A program made the position numbers and the translations under genes. The notes under the pieces are model-generated. The model ran no database searches, was not told where the DNA came from, and saw nothing but the letters and a program-made list of their open reading frames with translations. Positions 1 through 6,442 of a DNA stretch of 29,426 bases are shown piece by piece (within the stretch, counting starts at the first letter, position 1; each line of letters begins with the position of its first letter). Source of the stretch: a virus (taxonomy: Duplodnaviria; Caudoviricetes); IMG/VR virus record IMGVR_UViG_3300030090_002418, positions 1-29,426 of that record; one strand, given 5' to 3'.

Positions 1-34
1 TTCCAAACCTATAAAAATTAACATCTAACTTCAT
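1..34 (-). CDS. 5' end of a hypothetical protein running off the window (MKLDVNFYRFG...)
   Basis: ATG at 34 preceded on the minus strand by the SD-like GAGAGGAAGG; open to the window edge. Confidence 0.55.
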   Translation of the reverse strand, partial: MKLDVNFYRFG

Positions 35-52
35 TATTTACCTTCCTCTCTA

Positions 53-220
53 TTAGTTATTAACATCTATCTTTATAATATCTTCAATATAAAGATTATC
101 ATTTTCAATATCGTCTTTAATATAACCTTGAGCATTATATTCCATATCTTTAACAGATTGTTCAGCTACATCATTAACTACGATTACTACTCTAAAACTA
201 CATCTTTTATCTTTTTTCAT
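53..220 (-). CDS. small hypothetical protein, 55 aa (MKKDKRCSFRVVIVVNDVAEQ...IKIDVNN)
   Basis: Translated by hand, absent from the ORF track; SD GAGAGGA; ATGA overlap with the upstream gene. Confidence 0.7.
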   Translation of the reverse strand: MKKDKRCSFRVVIVVNDVAEQSVKDMEYNAQGYIKDDIENDNLYIEDIIKIDVNN

Positions 221-372
221 TTTTTTTGTCGTTCCTCTCTATTTTGTTTTTTAAATAAAATTAATTTCTTATCCATACTTAAACCTGTATATAGTGAATA
301 ATCTTTTGCGCCTGTGTATACTCTTGCAAAATCTTTTACAAGTTCATCAGTCCATTTAAATTCTTTAGCCAT
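217..372 (-). CDS. small hypothetical protein, 51 aa (MAKEFKWTDELVKDFARVY...)
   Basis: Translated by hand; SD GAGGAAGG; overlaps both neighbours. Confidence 0.7.
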   Translation of the reverse strand: MAKEFKWTDELVKDFARVYTGAKDYSLYTGLSMDKKLILFKKQNREERQKK

Positions 373-535
373 TTTTAGCCCCTTCCTCTAAAGCTTTTAC
401 TCTTTCTTCTAATTGGTAAACTATATCAAATAGCTGAATTGTAAAATCTTCTAATTTTTCTATTTCAGATTCAACAGTTATTGATTGATTTGTATCTTGA
501 TATGTTTGTGTTAGCTCTTTGTATGTTGCTTTCAT
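365..535 (-). CDS. small coiled-coil hypothetical protein, 56 aa (MKATYKELTQ...LEERVKALEEGAKNG)
   Basis: Translated by hand; SD GAGGAAGAG; abuts the upstream stop; heptad pattern at the C-terminus. Confidence 0.7.
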   Translation of the reverse strand: MKATYKELTQTYQDTNQSITVESEIEKLEDFTIQLFDIVYQLEERVKALEEGAKNG

Positions 536-832
536 TTATTTACTCTCTTCCTCTAGGTCCCATTTTTCGGACCTTGTTAGTTCATTGTTGTATATTCTTT
601 CATAGATAATTTTTGATAATCTTCTTCTATGTGTCCCATCTAGAGAACTATACCAATCACCAAAGTTTTTTTGCATCATTTTAAATTTACCAATTGCATA
701 GTCCCCGTAATCAGTTTCTTTCGTTCTATTATGCATTTGTTTTATGTATTCATCACCCATTACATTAAAAGACCATTTGCGGGCTTCGTATAATGTCCTT
801 TCAATGGTAGTTTTTATTTCTTTTTCTTCCAT
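536..832 (-). CDS. hypothetical protein (MEEKEIK...; probable start 832 rather than 847)
   Basis: ORF track; SD GTGAGG lies just upstream of ATG 832. Confidence 0.75.
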   Translation of the reverse strand: MEEKEIKTTIERTLYEARKWSFNVMGDEYIKQMHNRTKETDYGDYAIGKFKMMQKNFGDWYSSLDGTHRRRLSKIIYERIYNNELTRSEKWDLEEESK

Positions 833-833
833 A

Positions 834-1097
834 TTATTCTTCCTCACTTTCGCAGTAACATTCTTCTATTTTTTCTTCGCAATCATCACAGGCTTCTACT
901 TCTTTTTCTTCTACATCTAGTGGAGTCCAAAATTCTAAACAAAAGCTATTCCAACATTCTATGTCCCCGCAGATATATGTTGAATACGGGGTTTCCGATA
1001 TTTCTGTTTCTTCTATGTTTCTACCACAGCCATAGTTACAGCTGTAATCTTCTGTTGCGGTGTCCCAACCATTGACTACTTTTATTTTAGTTAGCAT
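834..1097 (-). CDS. acidic Cys-rich hypothetical protein, possibly metal-binding
   Basis: CxxxC, CxxxxC, CxxC and CxC clusters; SD GTGAGG; TAATG coupling. Confidence 0.75.
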   Translation of the reverse strand: MLTKIKVVNGWDTATEDYSCNYGCGRNIEETEISETPYSTYICGDIECWNSFCLEFWTPLDVEEKEVEACDDCEEKIEECYCESEEE

Positions 1098-1288
1098 TAT
1101 TTAGCCTCACTTTCTTTTATACTTATGCATTCCCAACAATTATCTGTATCCATTTCTTCTTCGCCATTATGTATTCCATCATCAACATTACGCATAGCCT
1201 CATCTTCACTTGTTGCATATGTAACATATCTATATTCTCGGCTTTCAGCCATTATTATTATATATTTTTTACGTTTCTCTTTTAACAT
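1097..1288 (-). CDS. hypothetical protein (MLKEKRKKY...; probable start 1288)
   Basis: ORF track frame; SD GTGAGG before ATG 1288; YxxxAxSEDEA pattern common in small phage early proteins. Confidence 0.7.
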   Translation of the reverse strand: MLKEKRKKYIIIMAESREYRYVTYATSEDEAMRNVDDGIHNGEEEMDTDNCWECISIKESEAK

Positions 1289-1289
1289 A

Positions 1290-1712
1290 TTATTTAGCCT
1301 CACTTTCATTATAAAACTCATCAGGCTCTTCAACTATCTTTTCTATAACTTCTTTAACTTTGGCTCTATCAGTTCTGTATTTGTCTAGCTTTTTATCATT
1401 GTCGTATAAAACTTTGTAATCACTACTTTTTGGTAACATCATTTTATCACCTCTTAAAGTTCCGTAAATATCATGATTCCAGACACCAACTACTTCTATC
1501 TCTTCAAAGTCAAATACATTGCCCTTTTCGTATGATTGCGTAAGTCCCAGCAATCCTTCTACACCTTCTAGTTTGTGATTAACTACATATTCAGTAAATA
1601 TCCAATCAAGTAAATCTTTCTTAGACATTTCTTTCATATGGTCGTTTTTAGTGAGATACTTCTCTAGTCCGTTACCGAACTCTTTTCTCATTTTTTCTAT
1701 ATTCTTTTCCAT
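1290..1712 (-). CDS. hypothetical protein, 140 aa (MEKNIEKMRKEFG...), directly downstream of the hammerhead
   Basis: SD AAAGGA before ATG 1712; the longer 1763 start would run through the ribozyme. Confidence 0.75.
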   Translation of the reverse strand: MEKNIEKMRKEFGNGLEKYLTKNDHMKEMSKKDLLDWIFTEYVVNHKLEGVEGLLGLTQSYEKGNVFDFEEIEVVGVWNHDIYGTLRGDKMMLPKSSDYKVLYDNDKKLDKYRTDRAKVKEVIEKIVEEPDEFYNESEAK

Positions 1713-1730
1713 TTTCTTTTCCTTTATATT

Positions 1731-1806
1731 GCGGTTTGTCTCATCAGTAATACAGATAACCACTCTGTATTATATACCCACAATTTAGATTGTAGGTATT
1801 TCGACA
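1731..1806 (-). ncRNA. type II hammerhead ribozyme with loop I / 3'-tail pseudoknot
   Basis: Minus strand reads UGUC-GAAA-UACCUACAAU-CUAA-AUUGUGGGUA-UA/UAAUACAGA-GUGGUUA-UCUGUAUUA-CUGAUGA-GACA-AACCGC. Core CUGAUGA and GAAA are intact; stems I (9 bp), II (4 bp) and III (11 bp) pair; cleavage triplet AUA. Confidence 0.93.
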
Positions 1807-1962
1807 TTATTTTACGTTTTTAAGGACCTTTTTTAACCTATCTAGGTCTTGGTTGCTTAACCTATCAATTGCGCCTGTATTGATTGCTTTTACAAAACCA
1901 AATATATCTTTTTTTGTGATATTATTTTCCATACTTACAAAACTTGTTTTTTTCTTTACCAT
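1807..1962 (-). CDS. small hypothetical protein, 51 aa (MVKKKTSFVSMENN...)
   Basis: Translated by hand; SD AGGAAAGG; its stop codon abuts the 5' end of the hammerhead. Confidence 0.7.
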   Translation of the reverse strand: MVKKKTSFVSMENNITKKDIFGFVKAINTGAIDRLSNQDLDRLKKVLKNVK

Positions 1963-1963
1963 A

Positions 1964-2107
1964 TTACTTTCCTTTCCTTTTTTTATAAATGACCATTAAT
2001 CTTTCTAGGATTTCTTCATCTCTTGCATTAGTAACCATTCCCTGTCCTTGAATTTTTAATTGATAATATTTTATTGTTCTTTCTAATTCTTCTTTTCCTA
2101 TAAACAT
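1964..2107 (-). CDS. small hypothetical protein, 47 aa (MFIGKEELERTIKYY...KRKGK)
   Basis: Translated by hand; SD AGGAAAGG; 1-nt gaps to both neighbours. Confidence 0.7.
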   Translation of the reverse strand: MFIGKEELERTIKYYQLKIQGQGMVTNARDEEILERLMVIYKKRKGK

Positions 2108-2108
2108 A

Positions 2109-2297
2109 TTACTTTCCTTTCCTTTTATTTAATCTAATAATTTCTTTATTTAATCTAATAATTTCCCTACATAGCCTGTCGTGCATATCTCTTAATAAAT
2201 TATTTTCATTTTCTATTATTTTTTCCATTGCTTTTTTCTCTGCTTTTACTGCTAATTCTACCATGTTTATACTTTCAAATTTCTTTACCATATTCAT
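2109..2297 (-). CDS. small coiled-coil hypothetical protein (start uncertain: 2297, 2291 or 2264)
   Basis: ORF track; no clear SD at the upstream starts. Confidence 0.6.
   Translation of the reverse strand: MNMVKKFESINMVELAVKAEKKAMEKIIENENNLLRDMHDRLCREIIRLNKEIIRLNKRKGK
2124..2165. repeat. perfect 21-bp tandem duplication encoding the heptad EIIRLNK twice
   Basis: tttatttaatctaataatttc at 2124-2144 and 2145-2165. Confidence 0.9.
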
Positions 2298-2299
2298 AC

Positions 2300-2334
2300 A
2301 AAAAAAACCCGCACAAATTAATGCGCGGGCTTTT
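2300..2334 (-). terminator. intrinsic terminator
   Basis: Minus strand GCCCGCGCA-TTAATT-TGTGCGGGT followed by a T tract; the G-U pairs form only on the minus strand. Confidence 0.85.
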
Positions 2335-2346
2335 AGTCCTCTCTAT

Positions 2347-2754
2347 TTAGTTAGTTGTTACTGTTTCTTCGTTTTGGGTTGCGTCCTCAATTTCTTCATT
2401 AGATGAAGCTTTTTCTAGCTCTGCTTGTATATCTCTAAAAGTATTTTTAGCATCATCAATATAACCTTCGCCTTCCATACAATTATCATCAGCATAACCC
2501 GCTTCATATTTAGCATTATCCGCATTACATCTTGCATCTTGCATTGCGTTTGTTGCGCTTTCTAATGACCTACCCATTTCTATCATTTTATCATTAAACC
2601 ACGTTAGGTCTATGTTGCTTTTGCTATTTGAATTGGTTTCTACTTTTTCTAATATTTCGGTCCTATGACAATCTAGACTATCACATAATTTGTCTACTAT
2701 TTTACTGTCGTTGATTAGACCTTGAACGCACTCTCTAACTATTTTATTTTCCAT
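2347..2754 (-). CDS. helical/coiled-coil hypothetical protein, 135 aa
   Basis: ORF track; SD AAAGGA; lies between a predicted promoter and a terminator. Confidence 0.8.
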   Translation of the reverse strand: MENKIVRECVQGLINDSKIVDKLCDSLDCHRTEILEKVETNSNSKSNIDLTWFNDKMIEMGRSLESATNAMQDARCNADNAKYEAGYADDNCMEGEGYIDDAKNTFRDIQAELEKASSNEEIEDATQNEETVTTN

Positions 2755-2814
2755 AGCATTTTCCTTTATTTTTTTTCTATGTTTTTTATTAATTATGTCC
2801 CGAAGAACAATAAA

Positions 2815-2843
2815 AATATATGATATTACAGACTAATAAACAA
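2815..2843 (-). promoter_or_regulatory. sigma70-like leftward promoter
   Basis: TTGTTT (2843-2838), 17-nt spacer, TATATT (2820-2815). Confidence 0.5.
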
Positions 2844-2860
2844 CATAAATATATTTATGT
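2843..2860. promoter_or_regulatory. 18-bp perfect palindrome, candidate operator between divergent promoters
   Basis: ACATAAATATATTTATGT is its own reverse complement. Confidence 0.55.
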
Positions 2861-2884
2861 AAATATATATAAAAGTATTATATT
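2855..2884 (+). promoter_or_regulatory. rightward promoter for the 2924-4059 cassette
   Basis: TATATT at 2879-2884; only a weak -35, which overlaps the palindrome. Confidence 0.4.
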
Positions 2885-2886
2885 AT

Positions 2887-2898
2887 TAGTGCGAACTA
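2887..2898 (+). repeat. left copy of a 12-bp inverted repeat (TAGTGCGAACTA)
   Basis: Exact reverse complement at 4057-4068. Confidence 0.8.
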
Positions 2899-2923
2899 AA
2901 ATAAAAAATAAAATGGAGTTAAA

Positions 2924-3184
2924 ATGAAAAATAATAAACCAATAGAAATAAATAGCGAGTGTAAATTTTTAGAAGACCTAGAAAACAATACTAAAATGGC
3001 GCTCTACAATTTAACAATCGCAGTTGGTCAAGTATACTTAGTGACAAAAGGAATAAAACCAAGCAGACATTTCAAAATATCACAACTGAAAAATTATTTT
3101 GGAATGAATGGAGGGCCTGAAGTATTTCATAGTAAATTAGTTAAATTACAAGAAGTAATAAATAAAGGAGTTAAAAATGGATAG
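2924..3184 (+). CDS. hypothetical phage protein, 86 aa
   Basis: ORF track; SD GGAG. Confidence 0.8.
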   Translation: MKNNKPIEINSECKFLEDLENNTKMALYNLTIAVGQVYLVTKGIKPSRHFKISQLKNYFGMNGGPEVFHSKLVKLQEVINKGVKNG

Positions 3185-3428
3185 AGATAGCGTTAATGTT
3201 ATTATTGATTATTTCGTTGTTAGTGCATTGCAGAACGTAATAAATCTAATTAATGACCGTATAGATAAGCATGATAAAGAAGCCCGTGAGATATTAAAAT
3301 ATACTGACGGCATTACAGAAAGTGATGATGCAACAGTTGATGCATTACATCACGTAATTTACGAAGCACAAGAAATAATAAAAGAAATCAAAAACTTAAA
3401 AGAAATGGAGGTTAAAAAAAATGGATAA
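3177..3428 (+). CDS. helical hypothetical protein, 83 aa
   Basis: ORF track; SD AAGGAG; overlaps the upstream gene. Confidence 0.8.
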   Translation: MDRDSVNVIIDYFVVSALQNVINLINDRIDKHDKEAREILKYTDGITESDDATVDALHHVIYEAQEIIKEIKNLKEMEVKKNG

Positions 3429-3678
3429 AAGAAAATTACAAGCAGTTATAAATCGTATTGAAGATGATGTAAACGCTTTAAAACATTGGCTAAAAAGTCA
3501 ATATAAAAGACGTGAAAAAGTAGATGTAGATGTAATTGTAGACCAATATGACAATGAAGTTATAGATGTAGAAGCATATCATATTGATTTACATATAGAA
3601 TGCGTAAGGGGTAATATTGACGCATATGAAGACGTATTAAAAAGACTTGATATGTTGAAAGAGTCAATTAATAAATAA
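3421..3678 (+). CDS. helical hypothetical protein, 85 aa
   Basis: ORF track; SD GGAGG. Confidence 0.8.
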   Translation: MDKRKLQAVINRIEDDVNALKHWLKSQYKRREKVDVDVIVDQYDNEVIDVEAYHIDLHIECVRGNIDAYEDVLKRLDMLKESINK

Positions 3679-3723
3679 TAGATAACTTACAAATAAAGAG
3701 CATAACAAAAAGGAGTATATAAA

Positions 3724-4059
3724 ATGATAGACAACTACAAACCAACAATAGGAACACACAGAACAACAGTAACTAATATCCCAATGGAAAAAGAACAGTC
3801 ACGTTTAATAGTTACGTTTCATAATACCGCAGTAGTTCAAGTAGTAAATGATAGGTATGTAATATTAAATAGTGGTGGTTGGGATACACCAACAACTAAG
3901 CGCAGAATGAACCAAGCATCAGAAGTATATAAATTAAATTACTTAGTATATCAAAAGGGTTGGATATGGTATGTGCAGACACCAAAGCAGGTGAGCGAAT
4001 TTAAAGATAATATTATTGTAGATAAATATACAGGTGATATACTATATAGACTTCCATAG
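3724..4059 (+). CDS. conserved phage hypothetical protein (LNSGGWxTxTTKxRMN family)
   Basis: SD AAGGAG; I recognise HNTAVV...SGGWDTPTTKRRMN...VYQK..WYV as widespread in phage early regions; function unknown. Confidence 0.8.
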   Translation: MIDNYKPTIGTHRTTVTNIPMEKEQSRLIVTFHNTAVVQVVNDRYVILNSGGWDTPTTKRRMNQASEVYKLNYLVYQKGWIWYVQTPKQVSEFKDNIIVDKYTGDILYRLP

Positions 4060-4068
4060 TTCGCACTA
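4057..4068 (-). repeat. right copy of the 12-bp inverted repeat
   Basis: TAGTTCGCACTA on the plus strand; begins at the TAG stop of the last cassette gene. Confidence 0.8.
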
Positions 4069-4092
4069 TACACAGCCCGCAACAACCCACAC

Positions 4093-4131
4093 AAAAAAAG
4101 CCCCGACATTTATGGTTGGGGCTTCTCTTTT
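4093..4131. terminator. probable bidirectional intrinsic terminator
   Basis: AAGCCCCGAC-ATTTATG-GTTGGGGCTT flanked by A7 on the left and TTCTCTTTT on the right. Confidence 0.8.
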
Positions 4132-4332
4132 ACGAAAACATTACATATAAGCTACGTAAGATTATAATGTTGCAATTTTTACAGAATTTTCAACCTAGTC
4201 AGAGGGGTCATACAGGCACACATAGGGGGGGGTCTTACGGTAAAAAACACCCACACACATTCTAATACTATTTTTAAAACTTTTCCTTTACTTTATAATT
4301 ATTATACTAATTATAGCTGTTTTGGTGAGTTT

Positions 4333-4546
4333 TGGGTAGAGACTATCTAATCCCCCTATTATAAATAAAGAGATTAGTCTCAATTCCCATATAGCTGTTT
4401 CGGAGCCTGTTTCTTATGGTAGGGTAATCTTTTCTGTTACTAGCTCAATTACCTTCGACTTGCTTCTGACTGTGTAACTAATCCCCTTCTAGTAGTCAAT
4501 TGTTGTGCGCTATACGCTAGAAGTGTCTAACCAACCCATATAGCAT
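4333..4546 (-). ncRNA. candidate structured non-coding RNA, divergent from terS
   Basis: No ORF; 14-bp hairpin with three minus-strand-specific G-U pairs (4347-4377); further stems; upstream promoter-like element. Confidence 0.4.
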
Positions 4547-4550
4547 GGCA

Positions 4551-4580
4551 ATATTACAAAATAATAATTATTCTATGCAA
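4551..4580 (-). promoter_or_regulatory. sigma70-like leftward promoter
   Basis: TTGCAT (4580-4575), 18-nt spacer, TAATAT (4556-4551). Confidence 0.45.
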
Positions 4581-4603
4581 TCATTATTAATACGATGTAT
4601 ATT
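4575..4603 (+). promoter_or_regulatory. promoter for a possibly leaderless terS transcript
   Basis: ATGCAA, 17-nt spacer, TATATT (4598-4603); ATG 5 nt later; no SD. Confidence 0.4.
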
Positions 4604-4608
4604 ATTTT

Positions 4609-5364
4609 ATGGAATTAAAAAAGATAAAAGGCGTAGAACACAGACTTTATGATAGTTATGATGAGTTTAAGGCCTTTCAGGGCGCATTAACGCCCAAAAA
4701 TGACTGGCGTCAGGCAAATGAAGGTGATTGGGTATATACAGATGACCATTATGTCGTGCAAATTCTTAAGGTATACTACATTACAGTGCCGAACTCTAAA
4801 GAAAAACGCAAGTGTGTGCGCACTATATGTGGTAGTTTTGTCTGTAAGCAGAAAAATGCTAAGATATTAGGCGAAAATGGCGTTGCAGACAACATTTACA
4901 CGTTTTCTGGCAATTATGAGTCTATAAATAAAATACGTTCTACTAAATTATCTTCTAAAAAGCTATTGTTTGCTAAATATGTAGCCGCAGGTATAGATAT
5001 GGAAGAAGCATACAGGCGTGTGTACCCAAAAGCAAACGATACGCAGTATATCCGCAATGCGGCTAACAAATTATTACAACAAAAAAAGGTAATGCAAATG
5101 GTTAAAGAAGAAATATCCTTAATTTTAAAAGAAGAGGGTGTAACACCAGAGTATATTATACAAAAGTACAAAGATATAGCAGACGTTTCTGAAAGAGACC
5201 AAGACAGGCTTAGAAGTCTAGATGCACTAGCAAAGATGTCTGGTTTATTTGAAACAGAAAAGAAACGTGAAGAATTAACTGTATGGGCTGGTTTTAGCCC
5301 TGAACAACTGGAGGCTATTAAAGGTGGAGAAACCAAAGTACTTGCACATAAAGAAAAAGAGTGA
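4609..5364 (+). CDS. terS: terminase small subunit with an N-terminal extension
   Basis: C-terminal half fits the SF6/SPP1 G1P-type TerS pattern (KKLLFAKYVAAG..EEAYRRVY..AANKLL; TPEYII; RLRSLDALAKMSGLF); first gene of the packaging operon. Confidence 0.7.
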   Translation: MELKKIKGVEHRLYDSYDEFKAFQGALTPKNDWRQANEGDWVYTDDHYVVQILKVYYITVPNSKEKRKCVRTICGSFVCKQKNAKILGENGVADNIYTFSGNYESINKIRSTKLSSKKLLFAKYVAAGIDMEEAYRRVYPKANDTQYIRNAANKLLQQKKVMQMVKEEISLILKEEGVTPEYIIQKYKDIADVSERDQDRLRSLDALAKMSGLFETEKKREELTVWAGFSPEQLEAIKGGETKVLAHKEKE

Positions 5365-5563
5365 GTTGTCTAATAAGATAGACCCTTGCCCTGTATGTGA
5401 AAAAAACCTGTATTATGACGAAAACGCTAGTAAAAGAATAGGCGTTATCGAAGAAGACGGTGAGATAAATTCATGGAAATGTCCTGCTTGTAAATCAGAG
5501 TTTGATTTGGAAGATAATATTTTGTATATTTATGGCAGCGAAACAGAAGGTGGACATGCATGA
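5324..5563 (+). CDS. small zinc-ribbon protein (start may be TTG 5366)
   Basis: CPVC...CPAC pairs. Confidence 0.7.
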   Translation: MEKPKYLHIKKKSELSNKIDPCPVCEKNLYYDENASKRIGVIEEDGEINSWKCPACKSEFDLEDNILYIYGSETEGGHA

Positions 5564-5847
5564 AAACTAAAGATGCAAGATTAAGAAGAGCTGGAGTTAG
5601 TGGTTATAACAAACCTAAGCGTACTCCTGGTCATCCTAAAAAATCCCATATTGTAGTGGCTAAAGAGGGTGATAAAGTAAAAACTATAAGATTTGGCCAG
5701 CAAGGCGTAAAAACCGCTGGTAAACCTAAAAAAGGCGAGTCGCAAAGACAAAAAAATAGAAGAAAGTCTTTTAAGGCTAGACATGGTAAAAATATTGCTA
5801 AAGGCAAAATGTCTGCAGCATATTGGGCTAATAAAGAAAAATGGTAA
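5560..5847 (+). CDS. conserved basic phage protein (KTIRFGQQG / SFKARH / SAAYWANKxKW family)
   Basis: Motifs recognised from many aquatic phages; ATGA overlap; function unknown. Confidence 0.85.
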   Translation: MKTKDARLRRAGVSGYNKPKRTPGHPKKSHIVVAKEGDKVKTIRFGQQGVKTAGKPKKGESQRQKNRRKSFKARHGKNIAKGKMSAAYWANKEKW

Positions 5848-5856
5848 GGAGATTAT

Positions 5857-6015
5857 ATGCCTAGAAAAAAATCAGGACTATACGCTAACATACATGCAAA
5901 GCGTAAAAGAATTAAAGCAGGTAGTGGCGAAAAGATGCGTAAACCTGGAGCAAAAGGCGCTCCTACAGCTAAAGCATTTAAAAAAGCTGCAAAAACAGCT
6001 AGGAAAAGAAGATGA
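5857..6015 (+). CDS. small Lys/Arg-rich conserved phage protein, 52 aa (MPRKKSGLYANIHAKRKRIKAGSGEKMRKPG...)
   Basis: Translated by hand, absent from the ORF track; SD AAGGAG; GLYANIHAKR motif; ATGA overlap with the next gene. Confidence 0.85.
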   Translation: MPRKKSGLYANIHAKRKRIKAGSGEKMRKPGAKGAPTAKAFKKAAKTARKRR

Positions 6016-6260
6016 TAGATAAAAAAATTTCTGTAGGGTCTATTCTTACAATAGCTTCAGTTATTATTGGAGCAGCAGTGTCTTATGGTATCAACTCTAA
6101 TAAAGTTGAAAACATTAAAACTGAACAGGTAAAAACTGTTAAAAAAGTAGAAACTAATGAAAAAAGTATTGTTAACTTAAAAGTTAGCGTTGCAAAGATA
6201 GAAACACAACTAGATAATAGATTTGATAGATTAGAAGAAATATTAATGGACCTTGAATGA
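6012..6260 (+). CDS. single-TM plus coiled-coil membrane protein, holin-like or lysis accessory
   Basis: N-terminal hydrophobic helix (ISVGSILTIASVIIGAAVSYG) then heptads; upstream of the endolysin. Confidence 0.6.
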   Translation: MIDKKISVGSILTIASVIIGAAVSYGINSNKVENIKTEQVKTVKKVETNEKSIVNLKVSVAKIETQLDNRFDRLEEILMDLE

Positions 6261-6442
6261 TAGTATCTAAATTAATAATAAACGCTGTAGCTAAACATTT
6301 TAGTTTAGATAAAATTATGAAATATGTATTTGAAGATAATGAATTAGATAAAAAAACAAAAGAACTTGAAGGTAGAATTGAGTTATTAGAAGTATTACAG
6401 AAAATGCCTAGAAAATTTAAGTGTGATTGTAAAAATGAATAA
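6257..6442 (+). CDS. hypothetical protein, 61 aa
   Basis: ORF track; ATGA overlap. Confidence 0.7.
   Translation: MIVSKLIINAVAKHFSLDKIMKYVFEDNELDKKTKELEGRIELLEVLQKMPRKFKCDCKNE

Noticed and set aside
1713-1763. N-terminal extension of ORF 1290..1763 from a GTG start
   Set aside because: The GTG lies in hammerhead loop I and has no SD; ATG 1712 has an SD
830-2294. CRISPR-like mini-array or attC integron sites from the junction repeats
   Set aside because: Spacing is irregular and gene-sized, the repeats are non-palindromic and include SD/stop codons, and there is no cas gene or integrase
340-2495. Other CTGATGA matches on the minus strand (near 345, 1320, 2487)
   Set aside because: Inside coding sequence (Asp-Glu/Asp-Asp codons), and I found no accompanying hammerhead stems
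3177-3678. Paralogy of two adjacent helical proteins (LQNVINLINDRI vs LQAVINRIEDDV)
   Set aside because: Similarity is too short and expected for amphipathic helices
5783-6022. 79-aa ORF in the track
   Set aside because: Shadow frame of the 5857-6015 gene, which has an SD and a recognisable motif
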